This document shows, piece after piece, positions 53,829 through 64,000 of a DNA stretch of 64,000 nt. Position numbers and translations under genes: made by a program. This stretch comes from Takakia lepidozioides. Lineage: Eukaryota > Plantae > Bryophyta. Position 1 is the first letter of the stretch; every line of letters starts with the position of its first letter. The notes under the pieces are model-generated. The model ran no database searches. It saw only the letters and a list, made by a program, of their open reading frames with translations, and was not told the origin of the DNA. The stretch is from the NCBI GenBank assembly GCA_030704615.1, contig CM060732.1:29884001-29948000 (forward strand), written 5' to 3'.

Positions 53829-54352
53829 AAGGGCAGTTGGGTGGTAGCCGTGCCCTGGCTTTGTTTTGTCTTTGTTCTAGTTAACGTGATAAGATAGTTT
53901 AGGGTTAAGCTAGCCTGCTGGCTTGAACTAGGTCGCTCGTTTGATCTAGGGTGTAGATGAGGCGTCGCGTAGCAGGCTTCTCACGCCTCGCCACGCGGCA
54001 GGAATTGGCCCTTCTAGGGTTTCCTGTTTAAGCTCCCCCTGACCGCTAGGGTCTTTGTGTACAAGCGTATTTGGAATATATATAGAAGGTGGATGTGTCA
54101 GATTTCCTCGTTGTGTCAGAACTCGTCAGTGTTTCCTCTATGTGTGATTCCCTTCTACGCTTGCTCTGTCTGCTTCACACCCTTTGATCTTGAAGAAAGC
54201 CTCGTGAGGAGGGATCATATGCCTTGGCGCTCAAAACTTCACAACCTCCTTGACCATTTTTTGCCTTCTTTTCTCTCGTTGGAGTGTTAACAGCGTTTGA
54301 GGTGGGCGACAAGTTTCCTGGGGACAAATATACTGGGGACAAATTTCACGTA

Positions 54353-55440
54353 ATGGATACTAAAAATTTATTGAAGGAAGTTGAACCTCTTGTATGTAAC
54401 TGGAGAGAGGTTTTGAAGAAGCTTCCACTTTCTGCTGCAGAGCGGGGATAGGCCAGAACTCTTCTTCTTGAAAAGAAAGAGGAGGATAGATTACAGTATT
54501 TTGATGGGGACTTCCGAGGAAATCAGATATGGGTTGAAGATGCTTATCGAGAGAAGCTGCTCCAACCCGCCAGGTAAATCTTAAAATCACACTAGAGGCT
54601 GCAACATCTATTGAAAATAATTGTCTGTAGCGACAAACACCCTTATTTTCAGTCAAGAGACTATTGCACATGTCCTTGAACGGTGCTTTTCTTATATATA
54701 ATTGCTAATAGCAATCAAAGGCATGTTGGGAGTTATAGGAACTGATAGTCAGTACTGGTCGTCGCCTTACACATATGTTTTCCTTCATTTCCCTTGTGCT
54801 CTATTTAAACCTTGAGGCGATTTGCTTCCTTAGTTTGCTTTGTTTGAAGAGCAGAGGTTTATATGACCCATGTTAAAAGTTGGGATGTTACTTGGATGGT
54901 TTGTCTGCAATCTTCTTTTGCTTTCAATTTTTCTTATTCAGGCTAGACTAGCTTGTACAAGGATGCTTTTTGGAGCTGTCAGTTTTGAGCTAGGATGTTA
55001 ATTGGTCCTTGACAGAACGTGGTATTTGTGATTTACGTGAGTTATCCGTGTGTGTAGAAAGGCGTTTTGTTGCAATACATCTTTGTTGTTGCTGGTAGCG
55101 GAGGTAAACAGACCGTACATCTTCAAAAATATGTATTTTATCAGCCTTGCGAAGCTTGGTGTAGGTGGAAAGATATTTGAAGAACTATGGAAAGAGACCT
55201 ACCCAGGTGTTGAGATTGACAGAATTCGATCTCCGGACAAGAGGGATTTGAAAGACGACAAGAGGGATTCAGAAGACGGACCTACCCTCTTCCTAGTCGA
55301 TGAGGGGCAGACGGCCTTTCATCGGGATATTTCACTTTGGCTTATTCTTAAAGTGCAGCGGGTGGGACCTAGGTTTTAAAAACACCTACGCGTAATTATT
55401 GTCTCAGCATGGGACAACGCAACTGTAGTCGATGGTGGGA
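54353..55440 (+). pseudogene. Decayed P-loop NTPase gene, Crinkler (CRN)-associated NTPase-like
   Basis: Exon from 54353 (MDTKNLLKEVEP..) with in-frame TAG. Second segment has NTSLLLLVAE (eroded Walker A), YFISL, TLFLVDEGQ (Walker B), LWLILK, a stop, then LRVIIVSA. Confidence 0.5.
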
Positions 55441-55599
55441 AGTCCTTTTGAAACCTATGCAATTTTTTGCAGACGCAACCGTCGCCATTTGGCTAAACGC
55501 AACCGCCACCGCCAATTGCATTGTCATGGTTTTAGTCATGGTTATCTAGAATTACCTACTTCTAGTTAACTAGGACATTTTAGATATTTATATTTATAT

Positions 55600-58474
55600 T
55601 TTGTGTGTTGGGACTTCATTTGGTCTCACATGTCAAGTGATGTATCAGCCTCACTTGGGACATGGGGATAGGTTTTCCCCTTGTGAGGATGGAGGAGGCT
55701 CATCTTTTTGTAGTTGAGCCTCCATGAGCCTCTCCCACCTCCATAGCTCTAGGTATTGAGAGGGAGTGTTGTGAGGGCTTTGTAGGGTGGATTCCTTTAG
55801 CAAAGGTGCCCTTGGCTTGACTTAGTTTATGTGATTGAGTGGATTCATGAGTGGAGTGTTTTCATTGTGTGTTCACTTTCATTATCACTACAAGAAGATC
55901 ACCTTATGCTTGTGAATGCGGAGTGTAAGGATTAGTTTTAGCACTTGTGTTGTGTACACCAAGGAGTGAGAGAGCAAGGAAAGATCAAGTATCTCACAAG
56001 GCTTGCAAGGACGAGTGTTTTTGCATTGCATCAAAGAGGTGGATGGTGAATGAAGACAACACCTAGGTCAAGAGGTGGAAATGTGTGTGACTAGCCCATG
56101 CAAGGGAAGCACATGGAGATGGCATACAAAATTCAAATTCAAGTAAGGCTTGGCGCTTGTCATTGGGCACATTAGCTTGCTATGAGTTCCAAGGAGATCA
56201 AGAGGAACTTGTCAATTTGGGATGAATGCATTGCAAAGTAAGATAATGCAATCTTGCATGCATGTTAGGGGGGAAGATACCATGAAGAAGGTGTTTCTTA
56301 CTATACTCTACAAACCCTAGTCTCCATACTCTTCAAGAAACTATGTATGGGCTCCCTCTGCCCATCATACACTTTTGTGAACAGTGTATGGAACCCCTCT
56401 GCCCAACATACGTTTTTTGTGAACAGTGTATGGGCTCCCTCTGCCCCACCATACACTTTTTGAAACAGTGTATGGATACAAGTGGAGAGACTTTGCCTAC
56501 CATACGTTTTCATTAAAAAAGTATGACATCTAGGGTGTATCTGGAGGAGTATTGCCTTTGGAGGATCTTTGGGGGGTCCTTTGAGGAGCTTTTATAAGAC
56601 ACTTGAAGAGCTCTTGAAGGGGTGTTTGGAGGACTGTTCGGAGGACTATTGGGGGTCCTTGAAGACCAATATTTGGCAAACATTTGGAGCCTTTGGAGGG
56701 CTATTTGGAGGACTATTTTGGGGTCCTTGGAGGCTAATATTTGGCGAGCTTAAGGAGTCTTTGGCGACTTGTCTGAAGGACTTTTTGGGGTTCTTGAGGG
56801 CCAAGATTTGCAGGCTTTGGGGCCTTAGTGAGATTGTTGAGAGACATCTTGAGGGCTCTTGGAGAGTTATTTGAGAGACCCTGGAAGGTAGTTCTGTCTG
56901 TTGGTCATGAGCAAGAGCGTTTAGAGATAGGGGGAGACTAGTGGGATAAAAGCATTCTGGGATTAGGAATTGCTTTAGTCTCTCTTTCCTGTAGTCTTCC
57001 ACCCTCTATGTAGGCCAAAACCTTTCCGTAGGTGGAGGCAAGAGTCAGTCTGGGTTTGGGCTGGGGTGTCTTGCAGGAGTGACACTGTGGAGTGTTTTTG
57101 GTGTGGGGGAGTTACTGTTTTGATTTGCTTGTGCTTGGATCCTCTCCACACCTGCATTCTTGATTGTGCGCCATGTTAGTTTTGTGTGGGCGCTTGTTTT
57201 TATAGGAGGTTGGTCCGGATTTGATCACCGGTCAATCCTAGAACGTGCTGTCGGTGGTGAGGCTGGGGTGATGACCAATCAGACCATCATTATTATCTTA
57301 TGGTGAGGCTGGGTTGATGACCAGCAGACCATATGAGTGTTTGCGGTGGATGCAGGTGCAGGTGCAGGTTTATGTTATAAACCTAGTAGTCTAAGCCATA
57401 AGCTGCAACAGGTTCTCTACCCGGTTACCTTGTGGATTAGAGACAAGTTTACAACAGGTGTGGTTGTGAGTTTCATCACGGAGGTGCCACCAGTTGCTGA
57501 GGAGAGTGTCGGTACGAGCACCAGCGATACTAGTGGGTATACAAGACGATGTGTGCGGTCTAGGCCACCTTCACCTTCAATGTCTTATGAGGAAGGTTCA
57601 GACTCAGAGTTAGGAGGATTCTCGCCGAGGGTGCAAGCCATTTCCGTGCCATTGTTGTGGGATACGATGGAGGAAATGTATGGAGCTACCAAGGGGCCAC
57701 GTCGGTACTCGGGAGCTGTAGGCACCATCGAGCTTGATGATTTCATACAGGAGTTTGATAGTTGGTGTGATTTGCAGCAGATACGCAATCCACAACTATT
57801 TACGCTTTTTATGGCGTGGAAGGGGCTGTTTCAACACCTTGAGGGGCCGCCTATAGATGACTACCATGAGTTTAGGCGGGCAAATGCGGTGGAGATTGAG
57901 GAGTGGCGACAATATTGGTCACCTAACTATATCTCCATCACTAGAGGCACAAGGGCAGCGGCGACACCAGCAGCTACACCAACATTCCCAACTGCAAGCA
58001 CTAGTAGTGGAACAAGTAAGATGGAGCTGGGAAATCCACTCAAGCTCCTGCTGCAGCACCAGCACATGTGCCTGCCTTTAACCCAGTTGTGGAGTTCTTC
58101 GAGGAGTTAAGGAGAAACTACCAGGGAATAAGGACAAAGAAGTTGCGGAGCTTGCAAGAGTTCCAGTGGAGGCCTACTGAGAGTTTGAGGGAGGCTTACA
58201 CACGCATGAGGCAATTGATAAATGTGACCCAAGGGGTTACGGAAGCTCAAGCTGTCCAATTCTGGTATGGATATTGGACAAGGAGCTGAGGAGAAGGGTG
58301 CGGGATGCAACTCTCCTACAAGTGGCCCAACCCCACTTAGCAAACGTGTTTTTGCTGGCAGAGCAGATAGAGCTCAATATGGTGGAGGAGCAAGTGGTCA
58401 TGGTGGGGTTTGGTAAGGAGACACAACGAAGTGGAGCTCCTAGCCAACAACAACCACTACCCCAACATGCTTAA
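55600..58474 (+). mobile_element. Truncated Ty3/Gypsy-type LTR retrotransposon: LTR-like region plus frameshifted gag
   Basis: Gag-like segments YSGAVGTIELDDFIQEFDSWC, FQWRPTESLREAYTRMRQL, QAVQFWYGILDKELRRRV..VFLLAEQIE (57583-58474). Upstream non-coding tract with internal repeats ending ..ACAACA near 57456. Left boundary approximate. Confidence 0.7.
56338..56515. repeat. 42-bp tandem repeat (~4 copies), each unit with an internal inverted repeat
   Basis: Unit aacagtgtatgggctccctctgccc(c)accatacacttttgtg; AGTGTATGG and CCATACACT are reverse complements. Confidence 0.9.
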
Positions 58475-59263
58475 GGCAACAAGGGGGCTCAGGTGTTGGG
58501 TCATGCAATGGATCTAAATTGCTTGACATGGGTCATTGGCTTGTGCATGGCTGAGCAACGGAGATTGCAAGCATTGATGGCTACTTCTCACTAGAAGCAT
58601 TCGTGTCTTTTCCAAATCGACTGCATGTCCAAAACCACTGAGGGAACAACTTTGAGATGATTGTTACTACTGCACAGTCGTAACGGATAAATTCGCATTT
58701 CTAATGGCGGATAGAAGTTGCATCAATGACTCCGCAGTCGGCGCAATATTCGCGGTGATTTAATTCAATTAAGTTTTTTTTTTCTTATTCTTAAAAACAG
58801 CAATTACAAGTGGTTTTAAGCACTAGAGAACGACTCTTAATAACTAGGCATTCATTGCACACCCTATTCAAAAATGGAATTTTTATAAGTGCTCCACATG
58901 GCTCATGACGTGGAATATTTTAATATATTTTAGGGCTCGTGTGGCTCGTAGAGATTGTTCTAATCGTCGGATGTAAAATGATCTAAGGGTGGAAGAGTAA
59001 CTTTGTCTTTTGCCTGAATTTGTCTAAGTGTTGGGAGAGGGATGGAGGCTTGGGAGAGAGACGAGCAAGTGATGCGAGAAGGACGAAGACCAAATCGAGG
59101 CCCATGTCCTGTTGTTGCAAGCGTTTATGGCGTCAGGGGCGCATTATGTGCAAATGTGGGCTCTTGGCTCCCCTTTGTACCATGATTTATTCTTCCTGAT
59201 AATCACAAAGGTCTTGGGGGAATCAGCTTGGTCTTAGCAGCCCATATTTTAATCTCTGCCCGC

Positions 59264-60262
59264 TCAGGTGCACCGTGGTGGATCTTACGGACCAATCCCA
59301 CATTACTTGACTATAGATACAAGCAGCACGCACAAGAGGTCTTCTTGGGTTCATGGTCAGTCTAATCCGCAATGGGTCATGACACAAGGTAGAGGACAAT
59401 GTGGTGGGGGCACCTTCTTTTTCGAACTATTTCAGCCTGTTTTGCCGAGATGTAGTGTCGTGGAGTGCGATGTTTGCAGGGTATGCACAGCAGGACGTGG
59501 GATGGGGCTTTGGAGACCTATGAAGTTGCGAAGGGAGAGTTTGATAACATGGCTGAACGAGATGTTGTCTCATGGAACACGCTGAATCTCGCAAGATATG
59601 GCCAGCATGTGTTTGGGATGAGGGCATTGGAGACATATGAGCAAATGTTGCGAGAAGGGGTGTAGCCTGACCGGGTCACGTTCATTTGTGTTTGCAATGC
59701 ATGTGCAAACCTGGCAGCCCTGGAGACTTGGAGACCTGACAAAAAGGGCAAAGAGGTCCATCGTGACATCGTCAAAGCTGGAACTGTACCAGATGTAACA
59801 ATACCTCGTCGACATATATGCCAAACGTGGGAGCATTCCCTTGTGGACAAGGAGTGTTCAACAATATGGTTGAGCGAAATGTGGTGTGGTGGAACGTGAT
59901 GATCGCAGGACATGCACAACATGGGCGGGGATTGCGGGTTTTGGAGACCTATGAGCAAATGATGTGGTCTAGGAGGTGAAGCCTAAGCACATTACGTTTG
60001 TTTGTGTTTGTAGTGCATGTGCGAGCTGTTGGAGAAGGGCAAAGAGGTCCATGGTTGCATCGTCAAAGCTGGAGTTGTGGTAGATGTCATTCTGAACATG
60101 AATACCCTTCTGGATAGGGAGTGTTTAACAATATGGCTGAGCGAAATGTGGTGTCGTGGAAAGTGATGATCGCAGGACATGCACAACAGGGGCGGGGATT
60201 GCAGGTTTTGGAGACCTATGAGCAGTTGATGTGGAGGGGGTGAAGTCCAACCACATTACGTT
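59264..60262 (+). pseudogene. Degenerate PDF-motif + PLS-PPR pseudogene
   Basis: 59264-59388 reads SGAPWWILRTNPTLLDYRYK..EV(fs)WVHGQSNPQWVMTQ (PDF relic). Then [54 protein letters not shown] and a duplicated triplet, with stops and frameshifts. Confidence 0.8.
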
Positions 60263-62504
60263 CAGAGAGTTCAAATGCCTCTCCACCATGACCTTGCTTA
60301 GCTAACCATGCCTTGCTGATGTTGTTGTCTTGCACTTGAGCTGTTTTTGGACACTGGCTGGAACATCGACAAGGCGGCTCTGCTTGAGAGAGAAATCAGC
60401 TTGAATGCAGGGGCAGATTTTGAGATCACAATCACCACTCAGAACGCTGTTCTTTGCACCCGCATGGCATGTCAGCATGCATATCAGCCCAAAACTCATT
60501 ACTCCGTGAGCCTTCCACTGCCGGAGTGTGCCCGTTCAAGCCAGATCTTCGAAACGCAGGATGGAACGGGGTTTTGAAACCAGCATTGCCCAACTGGATA
60601 CCCAATTCAGCTCCGCATCTTGGTCCATTCAGCTGCTGCACATTGTGAAGTTTTCTGCCCGTTCACCGCAAGTTGAAGAAGGAGTATTCTTAAAACACGG
60701 GTACTCATAATCTAAAATGGCTCCAGCTTATGTTGCTTGAGTGCAAATATGAGTGTGGTTGGCTTGGCAACTTTACATCTGGTCCATCCCACTCCATATG
60801 ATGAGCAGGTTCAGCTTGACTTCTCTCACACAAGAGTCGCTGCCAAGATAGGGTTTGCTACCCTGGATGACTTCCCGTTGTTGTTCTGGGCTGCAACATA
60901 CAATTAATCTGGCCCATGGCGAGGGCCTTGCCTTCCCCAATCATCTGTAAAGTCCTGTGAAATTGTTTTTGTGGGCAGTTTGTAAGCAGTGGGCAGCGAT
61001 GGTGGGGCTGTTGTAGGATTTGATGAACCAATGCCGTGTACTGACAGCAACCCCTCATCTCTTATGCAAGCATTCAACAAGCCAAGTTGACTGCAGAGCA
61101 TATTCAGCCCCCCATGTTCTAGTTGCCTAATGTCTTCATCTCCTGGGCAGAGGCATTTTCCAGGTCTCCATCTGTGATGACACACTATCTTCTCATGTGT
61201 TCAGCTTCTGGTCTTGCTCTTGTTTGCACCACCCCAATGAAGGGCAGTTCCCACCTGCTTGATTCTCTTCATATGGTTGTCTTGGCAGGGTTTCCCACAA
61301 CCGCCTTTCCTTTTCAGACTGCCAGTCATTAGCCTCGTTCTCCAATGCTTCACTTCCTTCCCAAGTGAAGTGCTCTCCTCTTTATGCTTCAACGACCCTG
61401 CAGGTGTCTTTTCCTCCTTCATCTCCCGTGTGCTTTCGATGAATGAGCACTGATTTGCATCTGTTGGCAACACTTACGGTGTCCCTTTCCTTGCATGCCA
61501 CTGCAGGCCCATCATTGACTTCTTGGCAAGGAAGTCTCCTCCTTCTCCCTCATTTTCTGGCTCTGTTGGTGCCCCACTCACCATGCTATCAGGGCTGCAT
61601 TTATTTCGTGGTCTTGCGCCAGCCAAGGGCGATCTTCACTGGTCCAATTGTTGGCAGGCACTGATTGGAGTTCTTCTTGGCAGAGTCTCCCACGAGCTCC
61701 CATCAGTTTCAGGCATCAGGTTTTCTACCCTGCCCTTCCCCTTTTCATAAGCGAGGTGCCTATCTTCCTCCCTTTCACTCTTCAGCCTCTCAGGCAGATT
61801 TTTCTTCATGCGATTGCTGCTCCCATACTTCCAGTCCTTGTTTAATTTTCTCCAACCATCACCCTCAGATTTGACAAGGTATTGCTGCCCTTCCTTGTGT
61901 CTTTCCTCACTCCCAGCTGCTGGTTTTATCCCAGATTCACCTCTCATCCTTACCTGGGGTTTTGCTTGCCAACAGCCCTTTGTTGTGGGGAACTTCAACG
62001 AAAGGCAACATCTCATTCTCAGCTCCTGTTTTTGTACCTCTTTGCAGCAGTCCAGCCTCGGGTGCCTCACTTTCTGATTGCTGGGTTGCATTCTTCGACC
62101 GCCAACCTTTGACAGGAAAGTGTGCTCCCTCTTCCTCATTTTCTACTGGTTCCCTTGATGCTTCACCTCGTATGTCTTCCTCCTCATTTTTTAGCAGCAG
62201 CTCCCATGCCTGAATTGCTATTTTTCCTCGTAGTTGATCTTGTGCTCTTTTTTTTCTCCGTAGCTTAATCAACTGTTTTGTCTTGGCAGCTCCCTTGCCA
62301 TGAGTGCCTTGTCTCACTGCATCTCCCTTGGCTGCCCACCATCCGTGGAGTCTTTCTTGCACTATTCTGACCCTCGTTGGCATGCACTTTGCTGCGATGC
62401 CCCACATGTATTTGTTGCTCCCTTTAATCATCAACATAGTGCACATGGAAGATGGAAGATGGTTTGTACACATGGAAGATGGAAGATAAATTCATGGTTT
62501 GTAC

Positions 62505-64000
62505 ACATGCATGGATAGCTGAAGGACCAGGGATAGAGTGTGGGTCCAGATTCATAAGAGGGCCGGATTTCAAGTGAAGAAGATGTACGATCGACATCCA
62601 GACAAAGAAGATTAACACTTCGATAAGGTATGATCTGGACTGAATATGTTGTCTTCATGGCTGACGTGAGGCTTTTCACAGATTCTCACCTCTTTGTCAT
62701 GGTAGGCATGATGGTACATCCACAAGCTGTAGTGCCTTTGGATGAGAAGCAGTCCCCTCACAAAGTATACCGCTCGTTTTCTCAAGAGCATACCAATTCT
62801 TTGCCTGCTAGAACGTATCCTTTTCACTCTGAAACAGAATCCACTTGTCATGTAGGGTTGGAGTAGCCCTGCCTGAGTTACCATCACACCCTCTCTTATT
62901 GTGTGGGCAACAACCTGATATTACCATGATTGATTATTTTCAAGATCTTCAGGAACACTCAATCAGCTGACATGATTGTTGTTAGCTGTGTCAAGCCGCA
63001 ATCTCAAGCTTAGAATGGAACCTCAAGGCTGGCTTGGTAGAGCAGGACTATTCCCCTTTGGTGCTTATTACATGTATTCTTACCTCTGGGTGCAATTTTG
63101 TATCATGGGCTAGAATGGATAATTTGATGTTGAATTGTGTATCATTAGAATGGTTTTGTTGTTTGTAAGAAAGGTGTTTTGTAAGTTTTGTAGTTGGTTG
63201 CAAAGTGCTTTTCGTGAGTTTCATCCATAAACGTGTGTTAAAATGTTTGGCTTTAGAACAGTTATGTTTTGATAGCTTTCATAGTTATGACTACTAATGA
63301 CTACTAATGAAGGCACCTTCTTCAATTTCACCTTGTTGTCCCCTCTTATCAGAATCGCCCCTAATTATTCATGTCTGAATTCTGCAAGTTAGCTGGTTGA
63401 GTGAAGCTTTGATAGTTTGGAGTGACTTTGACATGATTCTGCTAATGTGACAACAAGAAAGTATCAGAAACAGGTAACACAGACGAGGAGAAGTTGTGGA
63501 ATGAATACTTTTCTGACCCCAGTCAATGGTGGGACAATCGAGGCAAGAAGGTGAATGTTTGTTGGATTATAGAGAGTAGCAGATGCAATTGAGCGTAGGA
63601 ACTAGTGTGATAAGTTGAGTTGGGTGCTTCCTAGAACAAGTCTAGGCTGTCATCGTCAACCGATAGCAACAAGGCAAGGTTGTATGCATGATTCGTGCGA
63701 GGCATGGATAGCTGAAGGAGCAAGGATAGAGTGTGGGTGCAGATTCACCCAAGAGGGCCGGACTTCAAGCTCCAGATTAATTATGAAGCTACAAGAAACC
63801 TGCATGGGTAGATGGTCAACTGGCAGCAACGGCACAATTGATAAAATCAGACATTGTTAATGAAGGCATCTTCTTCAACACATTTCACCCTTTTTTTTTC
63901 CCTCTTATCAGAATCAGCCCAAAATTTCCATGTTGAATTATGCAAGTTAGCTGGTTGAATGAATCTAGTTTGGAGTGACTTTGACATGATACTGCTATGT
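62505..64000 (+). pseudogene. Tandemly repeated PDF-motif exons (OSB-like), degenerate, running off window end
   Basis: 63482-63550 DEEKLWNEYFSDPSQWWDNRGKK, GT intron 63551-63742, then IHPRGPDFK..(deletion)..KKPAWVDGQLAA. A second acceptor plus GPDFK copy at 62550. Segment ~63305-63450 is repeated at ~63858-64000. Confidence 0.75.

Noticed and set aside
56338-56515. CRISPR-like array
   Set aside because: Eukaryotic context, no unique spacers, no cas genes.
60850-62470. Overlapping purine-rich minus-strand ORFs
   Set aside because: No recognisable motif or splice model; cannot be assigned from sequence alone.
1-64000. tRNA, rRNA or conserved miRNA genes
   Set aside because: None recognised by eye; tRNAscan-SE/Infernal would be needed to exclude them.

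Overview
Eukaryotic nuclear DNA from a land plant, most likely a bryophyte/moss (inferred from the CLV1-like kinase, PLS-PPR style and intron-rich LRR-RLKs). The left ~9 kb is transposon DNA: a frameshifted non-chromoviral Ty3/Gypsy element (-) abutting a decayed RLE-type (CRE-like) non-LTR retrotransposon (+). Next come an intronless, frameshifted beta-1,2-xylosyltransferase copy and a five-exon gene fusing an OSB-type PDF (ssDNA-binding) motif to a 17-motif PLS-PPR array and a DYW deaminase, head-to-head with MFAP1. These are followed by a HAESA/HSL-like LRR-RLK, a mitochondrial ADP/ATP carrier, an unrecognised multi-exon gene and a CLAVATA1/BAM-like LRR-RLK. The right ~11 kb holds MITEs, a Crinkler-like NTPase relic, a Gypsy gag/LTR fragment and several more decayed PDF-motif/PPR relics. 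The most notable signal is the PDF-PPR-DYW architecture, which the ORF track misses because the PDF motif is split by an intron. It recurs as relics at 59-64 kb, suggesting a gene family. All homology calls are from motif recognition; no searches were run.
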